NCBI RefSeq assembly: GCF_029953635.1
Contig: NZ_CP124543.1
Coordinates: forward strand, 5,828,367-5,860,366
Length of the DNA: 32,000 bases
Reading direction: 5' to 3'
Source: Halotia branconii CENA392
Lineage (GTDB): Bacteria; Cyanobacteriota; Cyanobacteriia; Cyanobacteriales; Nostocaceae
The position numbers and the translations under genes were made by a program. Below are positions 1 to 9,630 of the stretch, one piece after another. Each line of letters begins with the position of its first letter. Position 1 is the first letter of the stretch. Under the pieces are notes generated by a model. That model did not search any database. It saw only the letters and a list, made by a program, of their open reading frames with translations, and was not told where the DNA came from.

Positions 1-3000
1 ATCTATTGAGAAACCGTGATTTGCTAATTGCGTCGCAGATGCAGCATCAACAGGATAATTCTCAAAGACAACAATACTCTCAAACAAAGATTTTCCTCTA
101 GGTACTTCACTCCAACCTTGAATTTCTACTAATGAACTATAGGAGAATTGCTCAGATTCAATTTGTTGTGTCTGTAAGTCTTTCAACAAATCCAGCACTT
201 GAGTTTCTGGTGAAACTTGAACTCGCACTGGCAAGGTGTTAATAAATAATCCCACCATTGACTCTACACCAGTCAGCGCAGGTGGACGACCGGAAACAGT
301 TGCACCAAAAACTACATCTGTTTCTCGACTGTAGCGACAAAGCAACATTGCCCAAGTAGCTTGTACCAAATTATTTAAAGTTAATTGATGCTGTCTAGCA
401 AAAGTTTGTAGGGCTGCTGTTACTTGTGCTGGGAGTTGAATTTGCTGTTCGCTGTAGCTAGATTTTTGTTGCTTGCGGTTTGATAATGGTTTATCTACCG
501 TCAAAGGCGTAGGTGCGGTAAAACCTTTGAGTTTTTCTCGCCAAAATTCCTCAGCTAAAGTTAAGTCTTGTTGCTGTAGCCAAGCAATATAGTCACGGTA
601 GTTTCTAGTTGATTGCTCAGATAAACTTTCTCCTTGAGAAATTGCTTGATAGAACTTTAATAAATCTTGGAAAACTAAAGGTAATGACCAGCCATCGAGT
701 AATATATGATGAGAACTCCAAATAAATTGATATTTCTCAGCACCCAACTTAATTAAATTCAGGCGCATTAATGGTGCTTGAGATAATGACAAGCCTTTTT
801 GTTGCTGTGACTGCAAGAAAAGCTCTACTTCTTGTTGCTGTTGTTGTGGAGATAAATCTTGCCAATCATGGATTTTAACAGTAACTTTTAGCTGGTAATA
901 AACTACTTGTAATGGTTTTTGCTCATTTTTCCAAACAAAAGCAGTCCGGAAAATTGAATGTTTGGCTACAATTTGCTGCCAAGCTTTCTCAAAGGCGATC
1001 GCATCTATTTTTCCTGATAGAGAACAATTTAACTGTTCAAAATATACTCCGGAATCTGGAGCATATAAACTCTCGAACAGCATACCCTGTTGCATCGGAG
1101 AAAGCGGATAAATATCCTCAATATTACGCCAGTTATTTTGGGCTTGTAAGCTGCCTAAAAGTTGGTCTAATTCTTGTTGATTGAGCTTAATTAACGGAAA
1201 ATCGGAGGGTGTATAACCGCCATTTTCTGATGCTAAACAATGAGCAATTAACTTCTGTAATGTGTTGAAAAATTCTTGTGCTAAATTCTCAATTGTCTGG
1301 TGCTGGTGAAGATTTTTGCTATAAGTCCAATTTATTTGCAGACTTTCTTCAATGATAATGCTGTTGATATCCAAAAGATGAGGGCGATCGCTTTGCAAAC
1401 TTTGGTTATACCCCGCAGACTCACTAGCTGGTTGTATCCAAGCATCTGTATTCAGGAGTTGATCGAATTGTCCTAAATAATTGAAGCTGATTTGCGCTGG
1501 TGGTAACGCTTCTAATTGAGCCGCAATTTCTGTATTTTGGCTCAAATAACGCAATAAACCATAGCCAATTCCTTTATTGGGAATCGCTCGCAGTTGTTCC
1601 TTAACAGATTTTAAAGCATCTGCGAGATTTTCTGTTGCTCCCAGTTCCAAAAGTACAGGAAAAATGGTTGTAAACCATCCGACAGTACGCGATAAATCTA
1701 CACCATCAACAATATCTTCCCGCCCATGACCTTCTAAATTGAACAGCACAGAGCTAAAATTCGTCCATTTGCTCAAAACCAACGCCAAAGCAGTTAATAG
1801 GACATCGTTAATTTGAGTGTTATAAGCTTTCGGCACATCTTGCAATAAAGCACGAGTTTCTTCCTCAGTTAAGCAGACTAATACTGTATCAGCAGATGCA
1901 ACTGTATTCGCTTCTGATGTAAAGTCAACTGGGATAGAAGGAACTGCGGCGCGAGAGTCATTGAGCCAATAATTTACTTCAGATTTAAGAGTTTTTGACT
2001 GAGCATATTCTGTTAATTTTTCAGACCAATCTTTAAAAGAACTGGTTTTAGCAGGAAGCGCAATTTTTTGACATTCAGCAAGTTGTTGATAAGCTGTTTG
2101 TAAATCTTCTAATAAAATTCGCCAAGAAACACCATCAATTATTAAGTGATGGATAACTATTATTAATCGCGCCCTTTGATTAATACCCAGATAGAAAAAG
2201 CCAACTTGGACTAAATTTTCTGATAAATGTAAACTAGCTTGTAAAGAATTTGATTGAGCTTCAATAGCTACTTTTTGTTCACTTTCAGAAAGTGTAGATA
2301 AGTCTAATTCAGAGAATGCAATATTACGATCTGGTTGGGAATAAGTTTGCTGCCAAGTCGAGTCAGATTGTATAAATCGTAAGCGCAAAGCATCGTGATG
2401 TCCGAGCAATTGCTGTAATGCTTGCTTTAACAAATCTGGCTTGGTGTCAGAGGGAACTGAGAGCAAAAATGTTTGATTAAAGTGGTGGGGATTGGAGAAA
2501 TTTTGCTCAAAAAACCAATGTTGAATCGGCGTTAGCGGTAATGTTCCGGTGACTAAATCTTGTTCAGCCTCAACAGCTTTAATTGTACCTGCTACTGCTG
2601 CCAATTGCGCGATCGCTTGATTGGCAAATAGTTGTTTCAGACTCAGTTGTAAACCCGCTTGCTTGGCTTTCGCCAGAATTTGAATACTGAGAATAGAATC
2701 TCCGCCGAGTTCAAAGAAGTTATCATGAATACCGACTGGCTCGACTCTGAGAACTTCTGACCAAATCTGCGCTAATGTTTCCTCAATTTGGTTACGTGGA
2801 GCAACAAAACTGGCTTCCAATCCCTCACGGGTGTCTGGTGCTGGTAAAGCGCGACGGTCAACTTTACCATTAGGAGTTAAAGGTAAAGATTCTAGCAGCA
2901 CAAAAGCATGAGGAATCATGTATTGTGGCAATTGACTAGAAAGGAGCGATCGCAACTGATTAATTGTCGGTGGATGCTGTGGATTTCCTACCACGTAAGC

Positions 3001-6000
3001 AACCAAGCGTTTACTTCGACTTACCTCGGCTCCGCTCGGCACAAGTCTCTCAGTACAAGTTTCACCTGGGTTATCTTCACGAGCAATAACACAAGCAGCT
3101 TGTACATCCTCATGTTGGTTGAGTAATTCTTCAATTTCTCCCAATTCGATGCGGAAGCCGCGAATTTTTACCTGATTATCGATGCGTCCCAGGTATTCAA
3201 TAGTCCCATCTGTTAAATAACGCGCTAAATCGCCAGTTTTATATAATCTACTACCTTCTGCCTCCTGCCTCTGGTTGGTGAGCGCAGTCGAACCACTGCC
3301 TTCTGCCTTCTCAAACGGATTAGGAATGAATTTTGCTTTCGTCAACTCTGGACGATTAAGATAGCCTCGCGCCAACCCAGCACCGCCAATGTGCAGTTCT
3401 CCTGGCACACCCACAGGTACAGGTTGGAGATATTCATCTAAAATATAAACCTGCGCGTTAGCGATCGCACGACCAATAGGTACAACTTGTCTGTCACTAC
3501 CACGTTGACAAGTCCAGAAAGTTGAGTCAATACAAGCTTCTGTCGGCCCGTAGAGATTGTATAAATTCACATTCAGCTTGCTTAATAAATCCTCTTGCAA
3601 AGCAACTGGTAAAACTTCACCACCACAAAAGACTTGTTTGAGAGAATCGCAAGTTTCAATTCCTCCCTGTTCTAAAAGGATTCGTAATAAAGATGGAACA
3701 AATTGAACGGTAGTAACTTTTTGTTGAGCAATTACATTTAACAGGTAAGCACCATCAGCATGACCTCCAGGTTGAGCTAATAGCAACTGTCCGCCAACTA
3801 ACAAAGGGGCGTAAAATTCCCAAACAGAAGCATCAAAGCTAAAGGGAGTTTTTTGTAAAACCTTGTCTGTTTCATTTAGGGGGAATGTTGCTTGCATCCA
3901 GAACATATGGTTGCAAAGGTTGCGGTGAGTAAGCATCACCCCTTTAGGCTGACCTGTAGAACCAGAGGTGTAAATTACATAAGCCAAGTTACTAGCTTGT
4001 ACATTGGTAATGCAATTTTCCTGGCTGTACTCAGCGATTAAATGCCAGTTAGTATCTAAACAGACAAATTTTGCTTGATGCTGAGGTAAATTCTTGCTCA
4101 AATGCTGCTGAGTCAACAATACAGAAACCTGAGCATCTTGCAGCATAAAGCTCAAACGCTCTTGAGGATAATCTGGATCAAGTGGTAAGTATGCTGCACC
4201 TGCTTTGAGAATCCCCAAAAGTCCTATGACCATTTCTAAAGAACGTTCTACACAAATACCCACTAAAGTATCTGGTTTTACACCCAATGAACGCAAATAA
4301 TGAGCTAACTGATTAGCATGAGTATTCAATTCGTAGTAAGTCAGTTGTTGATTGTCAAACACCACAGCTACAGCATCAGGTGTACGCTCAACTTGTTCCT
4401 CAAATAACTGATGGATGCACTTATCTAATGGATAATCTGCTTGGGTATTGTTCCATTCAACTAATAATTGATGTTGCTCAGGTTGTGTCAGCAATGGTAA
4501 TTTTGCAATCTTTTGTTCTGGGTTAGCAACAATACCTTCGAGCAATGTTACAAAATGCCCTGCCATGCGTTTAATTGTGCTGGCATCAAATAAATCGGTG
4601 CTATATTCCCACACCCCTATCATTCCATTAGGAGTGTTCTGCATTGATAAACTCAAATCAAACTTCGCTGTTGAACTTTCTGCCGCCAACGGAGTCACAG
4701 TCAAACCAGCCAACTCTATCTCAGACATCGGCGCATTCTGAAGAGCAAACATCACTTGAAACAGTGGTGTATAGCTGAGGTCTCTTTCCGGCTGCAAAGC
4801 ATCCACCAGCATTTCAAACGGCAAATTCTGATGAGTGTATGCTTCCATTGCTGTTTCTCTAACACGAGTCAGCAATTCGCTGAAGCTGGGATTACCTGCT
4901 AAATTGCTTTGCATGACTAAGGTATTGACAAAAAAGCCAATTAACCCTTCTAGTTCAAAGCGATCGCGGTTAGCAATTGGTGTCCCTACCAAAATATCAG
5001 ACTGTCCTGTATAGCGATAAAGCAAGGTATCATAAGCCGCTAACAGCGTCATGAATAGAGTACAACCTTGCTCCTGACTCAGTTTGACTAAATTATTGGT
5101 TAATTCAACTGACAGCGCAAACTGTTGATATGAGCCTGTAAATGTCTGTTCCGCAGGTCTTGGTCTATCTGTGGGTAAAGCTAGTAAAGCAGGTGCATTT
5201 GCTAATTGCTGTTCCCAATACGAGAGTTGACTTTGCAGTACATTCCCTTGCAACCAGTTTCTCTGCCAAATAGCGAAATCTGCATACTGTATGGGTAATG
5301 GTGCTAATGGTGACGGTTGATTTTGAGAATAAGCGTTGTATAGTGCTGCTAGTTCTTGAATAAACACACCCATTGACCAACCATCACTGACAGCGTGGTG
5401 CATACAAACTAACAAGATGTGTTCTGTATCATTCAGTACTACTAATTTTGCTCTAATTAACGCTTCAGAAGCTAAGTCAAACGGTTTAATAGCTTGTTGC
5501 TGCGCTAACTGCTGCGTGGCTACTTCCTGTTGGGTTGCAGATAAATCCTTGAAATCAACTATTGATAATGTTCCCTGCGATGCACTGAGCTTGTCGAAGT
5601 GTTCCCTAATTATTTGTGTTGGCTGTCCATCAACTGTAATGAAGTTGGTACGTAAAGCTTCGTGGCGATGAATTATTTCAATGAAGCTTTGTTCTAAAGC
5701 TGCTTGATTGAGATTCCCTAGCAGACGCAAAGCGATAGGAATGTTGTATAAAGCACTATTCGGTTCTAGTTGGTCTAAAAACCACAAACGTTGTTGAGCA
5801 AACGACAGTGGTAAATCTGAATTTTTTACTTTTGGTAAAATGGGCGGTTCAGAAAGTTCTTTGTTTTGTTGCTGTAATTGTCCAATCTGATGAGCTAATT
5901 CTGCTAATGTGGCTGTAGCAAACAAATCACGCAATGGTAACTCTACTTTAAAAATGCTGCGAATGCGTGAAACTAATTGCGTTCCTAATAGCGAGTGTCC

Positions 6001-9000
6001 ACCTAATTCAAAGAAGTTATCGGTAATGCTTACTTGCGCTACTTTGAGAACTTGCGACCAAATTTGTACTAACAGTTCTTCGATTGGGTTGCGCGGTGCA
6101 ATATAGTTGTCTGTGCTGGTACTGTATGAATCTGGTGCGGGTAAAGCACGACGGTCTACTTTACCACTAGGTGTAAGTGGTAGAGAATCCAGAAATACAA
6201 AAGCACTGGGTATCATGTATTCTGGGAGTTTTGCTTTCAGATATAGCCGTAGTTCGCTAATTGTAAGTGTAGAGTCTTGATTTGCGATCGCATAAGCAAC
6301 TAAGCGTTTACTTCGACTTTGCTCAGTACAAGTATCACCAGGTGTATCTTCACGTGGAATCACGCAACAAGCTTGTATATCACTATGTTGACTGAGTGCG
6401 GCTTCAATTTCACCTAACTCAATGCGAAAACCACGTATTTTTACTTGATTATCAATACGCCCTAAGTATTCTATATTGCCATCTGGAAGATAACGCGCCA
6501 AATCCCCAGTTTTATATAATCTATTACCTTCTGCCTCCTGCCTCCGGTCACCGAGCGAAGCCGAGGTGCTACCTTCTGCTTCTTCAAAAGGATGAGGAAT
6601 AAATTTTTCTTGTGTCAATTCAGGACAGTTGAGGTAGCCTCTAGCCAAACAGACACCGCCAATATATAACTCTCCTGGTACACCGACGGGTACGGGCTGT
6701 AAATATTTATCTAATATATAAATTTCTGTATTAGCAATCGGTTTGCCAATCGGAGGAAGCAACGGCCAAGTTTCTACGGGATTAGTTAGTGTAAAAGTAG
6801 TAACCACATGGCTTTCCGATGGCCCATAATGATTGTGCAGAGTACAATCACCAAGTTTGCTGAACCATTGAGAAATTGCGGGAGTAATCTGCAACTGTTC
6901 CCCAGCCGTAATTACTTCTCGTAAATGACTAGCAAATATTTCACTATCAACAGCTACTTCCGCTAGTTGCTGTAAGGCGACAAAGGCAAGAAACAACCTT
7001 TCAACAGCTTTTTGTTTCAGAAAACCTAATAAAGCCACAGCATCACGGCGCAATTCTTCCGTAATTAACAGCAATGTGCCGCCAGAACACCAAGTAGAAA
7101 AGATTTCTTGAAAGGAGACATCAAAGCTGATGGGCGCAAATTGCAGAGTTTTTGCCCCATGAGAAATTGTTGTGTTTTGCAGTTGCCATAAAATCAGGTT
7201 GCAAAGGGGAAGCTGATTCATTGCTACTCCCTTGGGTTTCCCTGTAGAACCAGAGGTATAAATTACATAACCTAAGTTATTTGCTTGTACGCCAGATATG
7301 AGATTGTTTTTACTGAATTGGGAAATTAGTCCAGCGTCAGTATCTAAACAAACGAGCTTTGCTTGATAAGAGGCAGAATAACTCAAGGCTCTCTCTTTCC
7401 CCCTGCCCCCTGCTCCCGGTCGCCGAGCGAAGCCGAGGTGCTGCCCCCCTGCCTTTTCACACTGGGGTAGTCTGTTAATGAGTGCCTGCTGAGTTAGCAA
7501 TACTGAAACTTGAGCATCTTTGAGCATAAAACTCAGGCGTTCAGTGGGATATTCTGGGTCAATTGGTAAGTATGCACCACCCGCTTTCAGAATCCCCAAT
7601 AGTCCCACAACCATTTCTAAGGAACGTTCGACACACAACCCCACTAGTACATCAGGTTTTACACCCAATGAACGCAAATAATGAGCTAACTGGTTAGCAC
7701 GACAGTTCAATTCATGGTAAGTAAGTTTTTGATTGCCAAACTCTACTGCAACTGCATCAGGTGTATGCTGAACCTGTTCCTCAAATAATTGATGAATACA
7801 TTTATCTTGGGGATAATCGGTTTTTGTATGATTCCACTCAACGAGTAACTTTTGTTGTTCGGGTTCTGTCAGCAGAGGTAATTGGGAAATTTGCTGCTGT
7901 GGGTTAGTAACAATCCCTTCCAGCAAGGTTTGCAAATGACCAGCCATCCGTTCGATAGTGGTTGCATCAAACAAATCAGTATTGTATTGCCAAACAGCTA
8001 CTAGTCCTTGGCTAGTGTTCTGCATTAATAAAGTTAAGTCAAACTTGGCGGTTGTCCTGCCTGTCGCTAAGGGACTCACAGTTAAACCAGTTAATTCTGC
8101 TTGCGATGTGACTCCATTCTGAAGCACAAACATTACCTGAAACAGTGGTGTATAGCTGAGGTCGCGCTGTGGCTGCAAAACCTTAACCAACTCCTCAAAA
8201 GGTAAGTCTGGATGAGCGTAAGCTTCTAGTGTCAACTGGCGCACTCGATGCAGTAACTGCTTAAAACTGGGATTACCTGATAAATCGGTGCGTAAAACTA
8301 AGGTATTGGCAAAATAGCCAATTAACCTTTCAATTTCTATGCGATCGCGGTTAGCGATCGGCGTACCCACTACAATATCATCTGAGCCTGTATAGCGATA
8401 AAGTAAGGTGACAAATGCTGTAAACAGGGTCATGTATAAAGTAGCTCCCTGTTGCCTGCTGAAATTAACGAGAGCTTGGCTCAAATCCTGAGGAAGGTGT
8501 ACATATTTAAGTGCGCCTTGGAAAGTTTGAATTGCAGGTCTGGGTCTGTCTGTGGGTAATTCTAATAAGGTGGGAGCGTTTTTAAGTAGTTGCTGCCAGT
8601 AGTTTAGCTGTTTTTGCAGTACCTCTGTTTGCAACCATTTTCGTTGCCAAACAGCAAAATCAGCATACTGAATTGGTAATACAGGTAACTCTGGAGACGA
8701 ATTATGACAGATAGCTGAGTAAATGGTTGCTAACTCTCGCATTAACAAGTCCATTGACCAACCATCAATAATGATGTGGTGTATTGTTATTAACAATATA
8801 TTTTCTATATCTGTGAGTTTCAGCACAGAAACTCGAATTAAAGGAGAATTAGCGAGGTCAAAGGGTTTGGTCGTTTCTTCTATAGCTAATTGCTGAGTTG
8901 CGATCGCTCTTTCACCCTCTGGTAAATCTGTTAAATCTAATACTAATATATTTAAAGTTAAGTTGTCAGCAATTACCTGAACTGGCTGGTCGTTGATGGT

Positions 9001-9399
9001 GCGGAAGTTGGTGCGTAAAGCTTCGTGGCGAGTGATAATTTGGTTGAGGCTTTGTTCTAGTGCGGTAATGTTTAACTGACCGTGAAGTTTTAGAGCTAGT
9101 TGTTCGTTATAAAAGGGGTTATCTGGTTCTAATTGGTTCAATAACCACAGTCTTTCTTGAGCAAAAGATAGAGGTAAGTTTTGAGTGCGATCGCATTTAA
9201 TTAAAGGTGAATCTGTGTGAGTACTAATTTTATTTTTATTGTGTAGTAGTAAAATAAGTTCTGCTTTATTTTTAGCCAGTAAATCACGAGTTTCTGCTGT
9301 TAAAATTCCCTTAGGAGCATTAACACGTAACTGCTCACCATCAACCCACAACTTTACACCTTGCTTATTTAGATCGGCTACCAATTGCTCAATATTCAC
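1..9399 (-). CDS. Non-ribosomal peptide synthetase, C-terminal part beyond the window edge: docking-C-A(Pro)-T-C-A(Gln)-T-E-C(DCL, partial)
   Basis: The minus frame with codon first bases at multiples of 3 is open from 9399 to position 1; it is missing from the ORF track only because it is truncated. GTG at 9399-9397 is the first start after an in-frame TGA, with GGAGG about 10 nt upstream. My translation gives an N-terminus NIEQLVADLNKQGVKLWVDGEQLRVNAPKGILTAETRDLLAKNKAEL (TubC_N-type docking). Domains follow as C (~7890-9190, HHIIIDGWS), A (~6140-7830, hand-read code DVQFIAHVVK = Pro or methyl-Pro) and T (~5890-6110, FFELGGHSL). Then come C (~4500-5830), A (~2830-4420, code DAWQFGLIDK = Gln) and T (~2600-2810, FFELGGDSI). 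The last two are E (~1195-2555, PLTPIQHWFF, HHLIIDGVSWRIL) and a DCL-type C (1-1125, IEDIYPLSPMQQGMLF, HHILLDGWS). Confidence 0.93.
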   Translation of the reverse strand, partial: MNIEQLVADLNKQGVKLWVDGEQLRVNAPKGILTAETRDLLAKNKAELILLLHNKNKISTHTDSPLIKCDRTQNLPLSFAQERLWLLNQLEPDNPFYNEQLALKLHGQLNITALEQSLNQIITRHEALRTNFRTINDQPVQVIADNLTLNILVLDLTDLPEGERAIATQQLAIEETTKPFDLANSPLIRVSVLKLTDIENILLITIHHIIIDGWSMDLLMRELATIYSAICHNSSPELPVLPIQYADFAVWQRKWLQTEVLQKQLNYWQQLLKNAPTLLELPTDRPRPAIQTFQGALKYVHLPQDLSQALVNFSRQQGATLYMTLFTAFVTLLYRYTGSDDIVVGTPIANRDRIEIERLIGYFANTLVLRTDLSGNPSFKQLLHRVRQLTLEAYAHPDLPFEELVKVLQPQRDLSYTPLFQVMFVLQNGVTSQAELTGLTVSPLATGRTTAKFDLTLLMQNTSQGLVAVWQYNTDLFDATTIERMAGHLQTLLEGIVTNPQQQISQLPLLTEPEQQKLLVEWNHTKTDYPQDKCIHQLFEEQVQHTPDAVAVEFGNQKLTYHELNCRANQLAHYLRSLGVKPDVLVGLCVERSLEMVVGLLGILKAGGAYLPIDPEYPTERLSFMLKDAQVSVLLTQQALINRLPQCEKAGGQHLGFARRPGAGGRGKERALSYSASYQAKLVCLDTDAGLISQFSKNNLISGVQANNLGYVIYTSGSTGKPKGVAMNQLPLCNLILWQLQNTTISHGAKTLQFAPISFDVSFQEIFSTWCSGGTLLLITEELRRDAVALLGFLKQKAVERLFLAFVALQQLAEVAVDSEIFASHLREVITAGEQLQITPAISQWFSKLGDCTLHNHYGPSESHVVTTFTLTNPVETWPLLPPIGKPIANTEIYILDKYLQPVPVGVPGELYIGGVCLARGYLNCPELTQEKFIPHPFEEAEGSTSASLGDRRQEAEGNRLYKTGDLARYLPDGNIEYLGRIDNQVKIRGFRIELGEIEAALSQHSDIQACCVIPREDTPGDTCTEQSRSKRLVAYAIANQDSTLTISELRLYLKAKLPEYMIPSAFVFLDSLPLTPSGKVDRRALPAPDSYSTSTDNYIAPRNPIEELLVQIWSQVLKVAQVSITDNFFELGGHSLLGTQLVSRIRSIFKVELPLRDLFATATLAELAHQIGQLQQQNKELSEPPILPKVKNSDLPLSFAQQRLWFLDQLEPNSALYNIPIALRLLGNLNQAALEQSFIEIIHRHEALRTNFITVDGQPTQIIREHFDKLSASQGTLSIVDFKDLSATQQEVATQQLAQQQAIKPFDLASEALIRAKLVVLNDTEHILLVCMHHAVSDGWSMGVFIQELAALYNAYSQNQPSPLAPLPIQYADFAIWQRNWLQGNVLQSQLSYWEQQLANAPALLALPTDRPRPAEQTFTGSYQQFALSVELTNNLVKLSQEQGCTLFMTLLAAYDTLLYRYTGQSDILVGTPIANRDRFELEGLIGFFVNTLVMQSNLAGNPSFSELLTRVRETAMEAYTHQNLPFEMLVDALQPERDLSYTPLFQVMFALQNAPMSEIELAGLTVTPLAAESSTAKFDLSLSMQNTPNGMIGVWEYSTDLFDASTIKRMAGHFVTLLEGIVANPEQKIAKLPLLTQPEQHQLLVEWNNTQADYPLDKCIHQLFEEQVERTPDAVAVVFDNQQLTYYELNTHANQLAHYLRSLGVKPDTLVGICVERSLEMVIGLLGILKAGAAYLPLDPDYPQERLSFMLQDAQVSVLLTQQHLSKNLPQHQAKFVCLDTNWHLIAEYSQENCITNVQASNLAYVIYTSGSTGQPKGVMLTHRNLCNHMFWMQATFPLNETDKVLQKTPFSFDASVWEFYAPLLVGGQLLLAQPGGHADGAYLLNVIAQQKVTTVQFVPSLLRILLEQGGIETCDSLKQVFCGGEVLPVALQEDLLSKLNVNLYNLYGPTEACIDSTFWTCQRGSDRQVVPIGRAIANAQVYILDEYLQPVPVGVPGELHIGGAGLARGYLNRPELTKAKFIPNPFEKAEGSGSTALTNQRQEAEGSRLYKTGDLARYLTDGTIEYLGRIDNQVKIRGFRIELGEIEELLNQHEDVQAACVIAREDNPGETCTERLVPSGAEVSRSKRLVAYVVGNPQHPPTINQLRSLLSSQLPQYMIPHAFVLLESLPLTPNGKVDRRALPAPDTREGLEASFVAPRNQIEETLAQIWSEVLRVEPVGIHDNFFELGGDSILSIQILAKAKQAGLQLSLKQLFANQAIAQLAAVAGTIKAVEAEQDLVTGTLPLTPIQHWFFEQNFSNPHHFNQTFLLSVPSDTKPDLLKQALQQLLGHHDALRLRFIQSDSTWQQTYSQPDRNIAFSELDLSTLSESEQKVAIEAQSNSLQASLHLSENLVQVGFFYLGINQRARLIIVIHHLIIDGVSWRILLEDLQTAYQQLAECQKIALPAKTSSFKDWSEKLTEYAQSKTLKSEVNYWLNDSRAAVPSIPVDFTSEANTVASADTVLVCLTEEETRALLQDVPKAYNTQINDVLLTALALVLSKWTNFSSVLFNLEGHGREDIVDGVDLSRTVGWFTTIFPVLLELGATENLADALKSVKEQLRAIPNKGIGYGLLRYLSQNTEIAAQLEALPPAQISFNYLGQFDQLLNTDAWIQPASESAGYNQSLQSDRPHLLDINSIIIEESLQINWTYSKNLHQHQTIENLAQEFFNTLQKLIAHCLASENGGYTPSDFPLIKLNQQELDQLLGSLQAQNNWRNIEDIYPLSPMQQGMLFESLYAPDSGVYFEQLNCSLSGKIDAIAFEKAWQQIVAKHSIFRTAFVWKNEQKPLQVVYYQLKVTVKIHDWQDLSPQQQQQEVELFLQSQQQKGLSLSQAPLMRLNLIKLGAEKYQFIWSSHHILLDGWSLPLVFQDLLKFYQAISQGESLSEQSTRNYRDYIAWLQQQDLTLAEEFWREKLKGFTAPTPLTVDKPLSNRKQQKSSYSEQQIQLPAQVTAALQTFARQHQLTLNNLVQATWAMLLCRYSRETDVVFGATVSGRPPALTGVESMVGLFINTLPVRVQVSPETQVLDLLKDLQTQQIESEQFSYSSLVEIQGWSEVPRGKSLFESIVVFENYPVDAASATQLANHGFSID
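3013..3060. repeat. Small dispersed repeat, composite 48 nt, in frame in the A5 (Gln) A8-A9 loop
   Basis: The ends match the 24-nt form. The interior, acctcggctccgctcggcacaagtct, contains an inverted relative of the CCGAGCGAAGCCGAGG core seen at 6546 and 7418. It encodes TCTERLVPSGAEVSRS. Confidence 0.8.
3254..3307. repeat. In-frame insertion in the A5 A6-A7 loop bracketed by a 9-nt direct repeat
   Basis: CCTTCTGCC occurs at 3254-3262 and 3299-3307, also 45 nt apart, but with a different interior (ggtgagcgcagtcgaaccact). The segment encodes KAEGSGSTALTNQRQEAEG. Confidence 0.65.
5572..5604. repeat. Repeat-like segment in C5 (second NRPS) encoding EHFDKLSASQG
   Basis: It is identical to 20363-20395 in the stretch I compared and sits at the homologous position of a C domain in a different gene. 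Confidence 0.55.
6310..6333. repeat. Small dispersed repeat, 24-nt basic form, in frame in the A4 (Pro) A8-A9 loop
   Basis: ACTTCGACTTTGCTCAGTACAAGT encodes TCTEQSRS before KRLVAY. It differs from the 17891 copy at one position. Confidence 0.8.
6525..6579. repeat. In-frame insertion in the A4 A6-A7 loop bracketed by a 10-nt direct repeat
   Basis: TACCTTCTGC occurs at 6525-6534 and again at 6570-6579, 45 nt apart. Between them lies the 25-nt core GGTCACCGAGCGAAGCCGAGGTGCT (6546-6570). The segment encodes EAEGSTSASLGDRRQEAEG between PFE and NRLYKTGD. Confidence 0.7.
7399..7453. repeat. In-frame insertion in the N-terminal part of A4 with C-rich direct repeats and the 25-nt CCGAGCGAAGCCGAGG core
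   Basis: CCCCCTGCC occurs at 7399-7407 and 7445-7453. The core GGTCGCCGAGCGAAGCCGAGGTGCT (7418-7442) differs at one base from 6546-6570. The protein has about 30 extra residues (QCEKAGGQHLGFARRPGAGGRGKERALSYSAS) before YQAKLVCLD compared with the other four modules. Confidence 0.7.
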
Positions 9400-9472
9400 A
9401 GAAACATTACCTCCAACTCTTCACCTAACTTCTGCTTTACCTGTTCATTAAGGAATAAAAAAATAATTAAAA

Positions 9473-9630
9473 ACGAACCACAAAGACACAAAGAACACGA
9501 AGTAAAAAATGCTTTAAAGAGTTATTGCATAAGTCATAATAATTTCAATAAATACAGTAGACTTAAACTGTCCGTAAAAATATTTTCTGTGTTATTTATT
9601 ATTTTCTTCTTTGTGTACTTTGCGGTTCGT
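9473..9630. repeat. MITE-like element in the PKS/NRPS intergenic gap: 23/24-nt inverted repeats around an AT-rich 111-nt core
   Basis: The left arm is ACGAACCACAAAGACACAAAGAA (9473-9495). The reverse complement of the right arm (9607-9630) is ACGAACCGCAAAGTACACAAAGAA, which differs by one mismatch and one indel. Confidence 0.6.

Noticed and set aside
912-9451. Plus-strand ORFs of 60-90 aa from the track inside the left NRPS (912-1184, 2908-3126, 5417-5671, 5909-6106, 6396-6602, 9239-9451), plus the minus-strand ORF 5165-5380
   Set aside because: All of them lie antisense to or out of frame with a continuous NRPS reading frame that shows clear domain motifs. Their translations are Cys/Ser-rich junk. 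Several recur as near-copies wherever the NRPS modules repeat, which is what shadow ORFs do.
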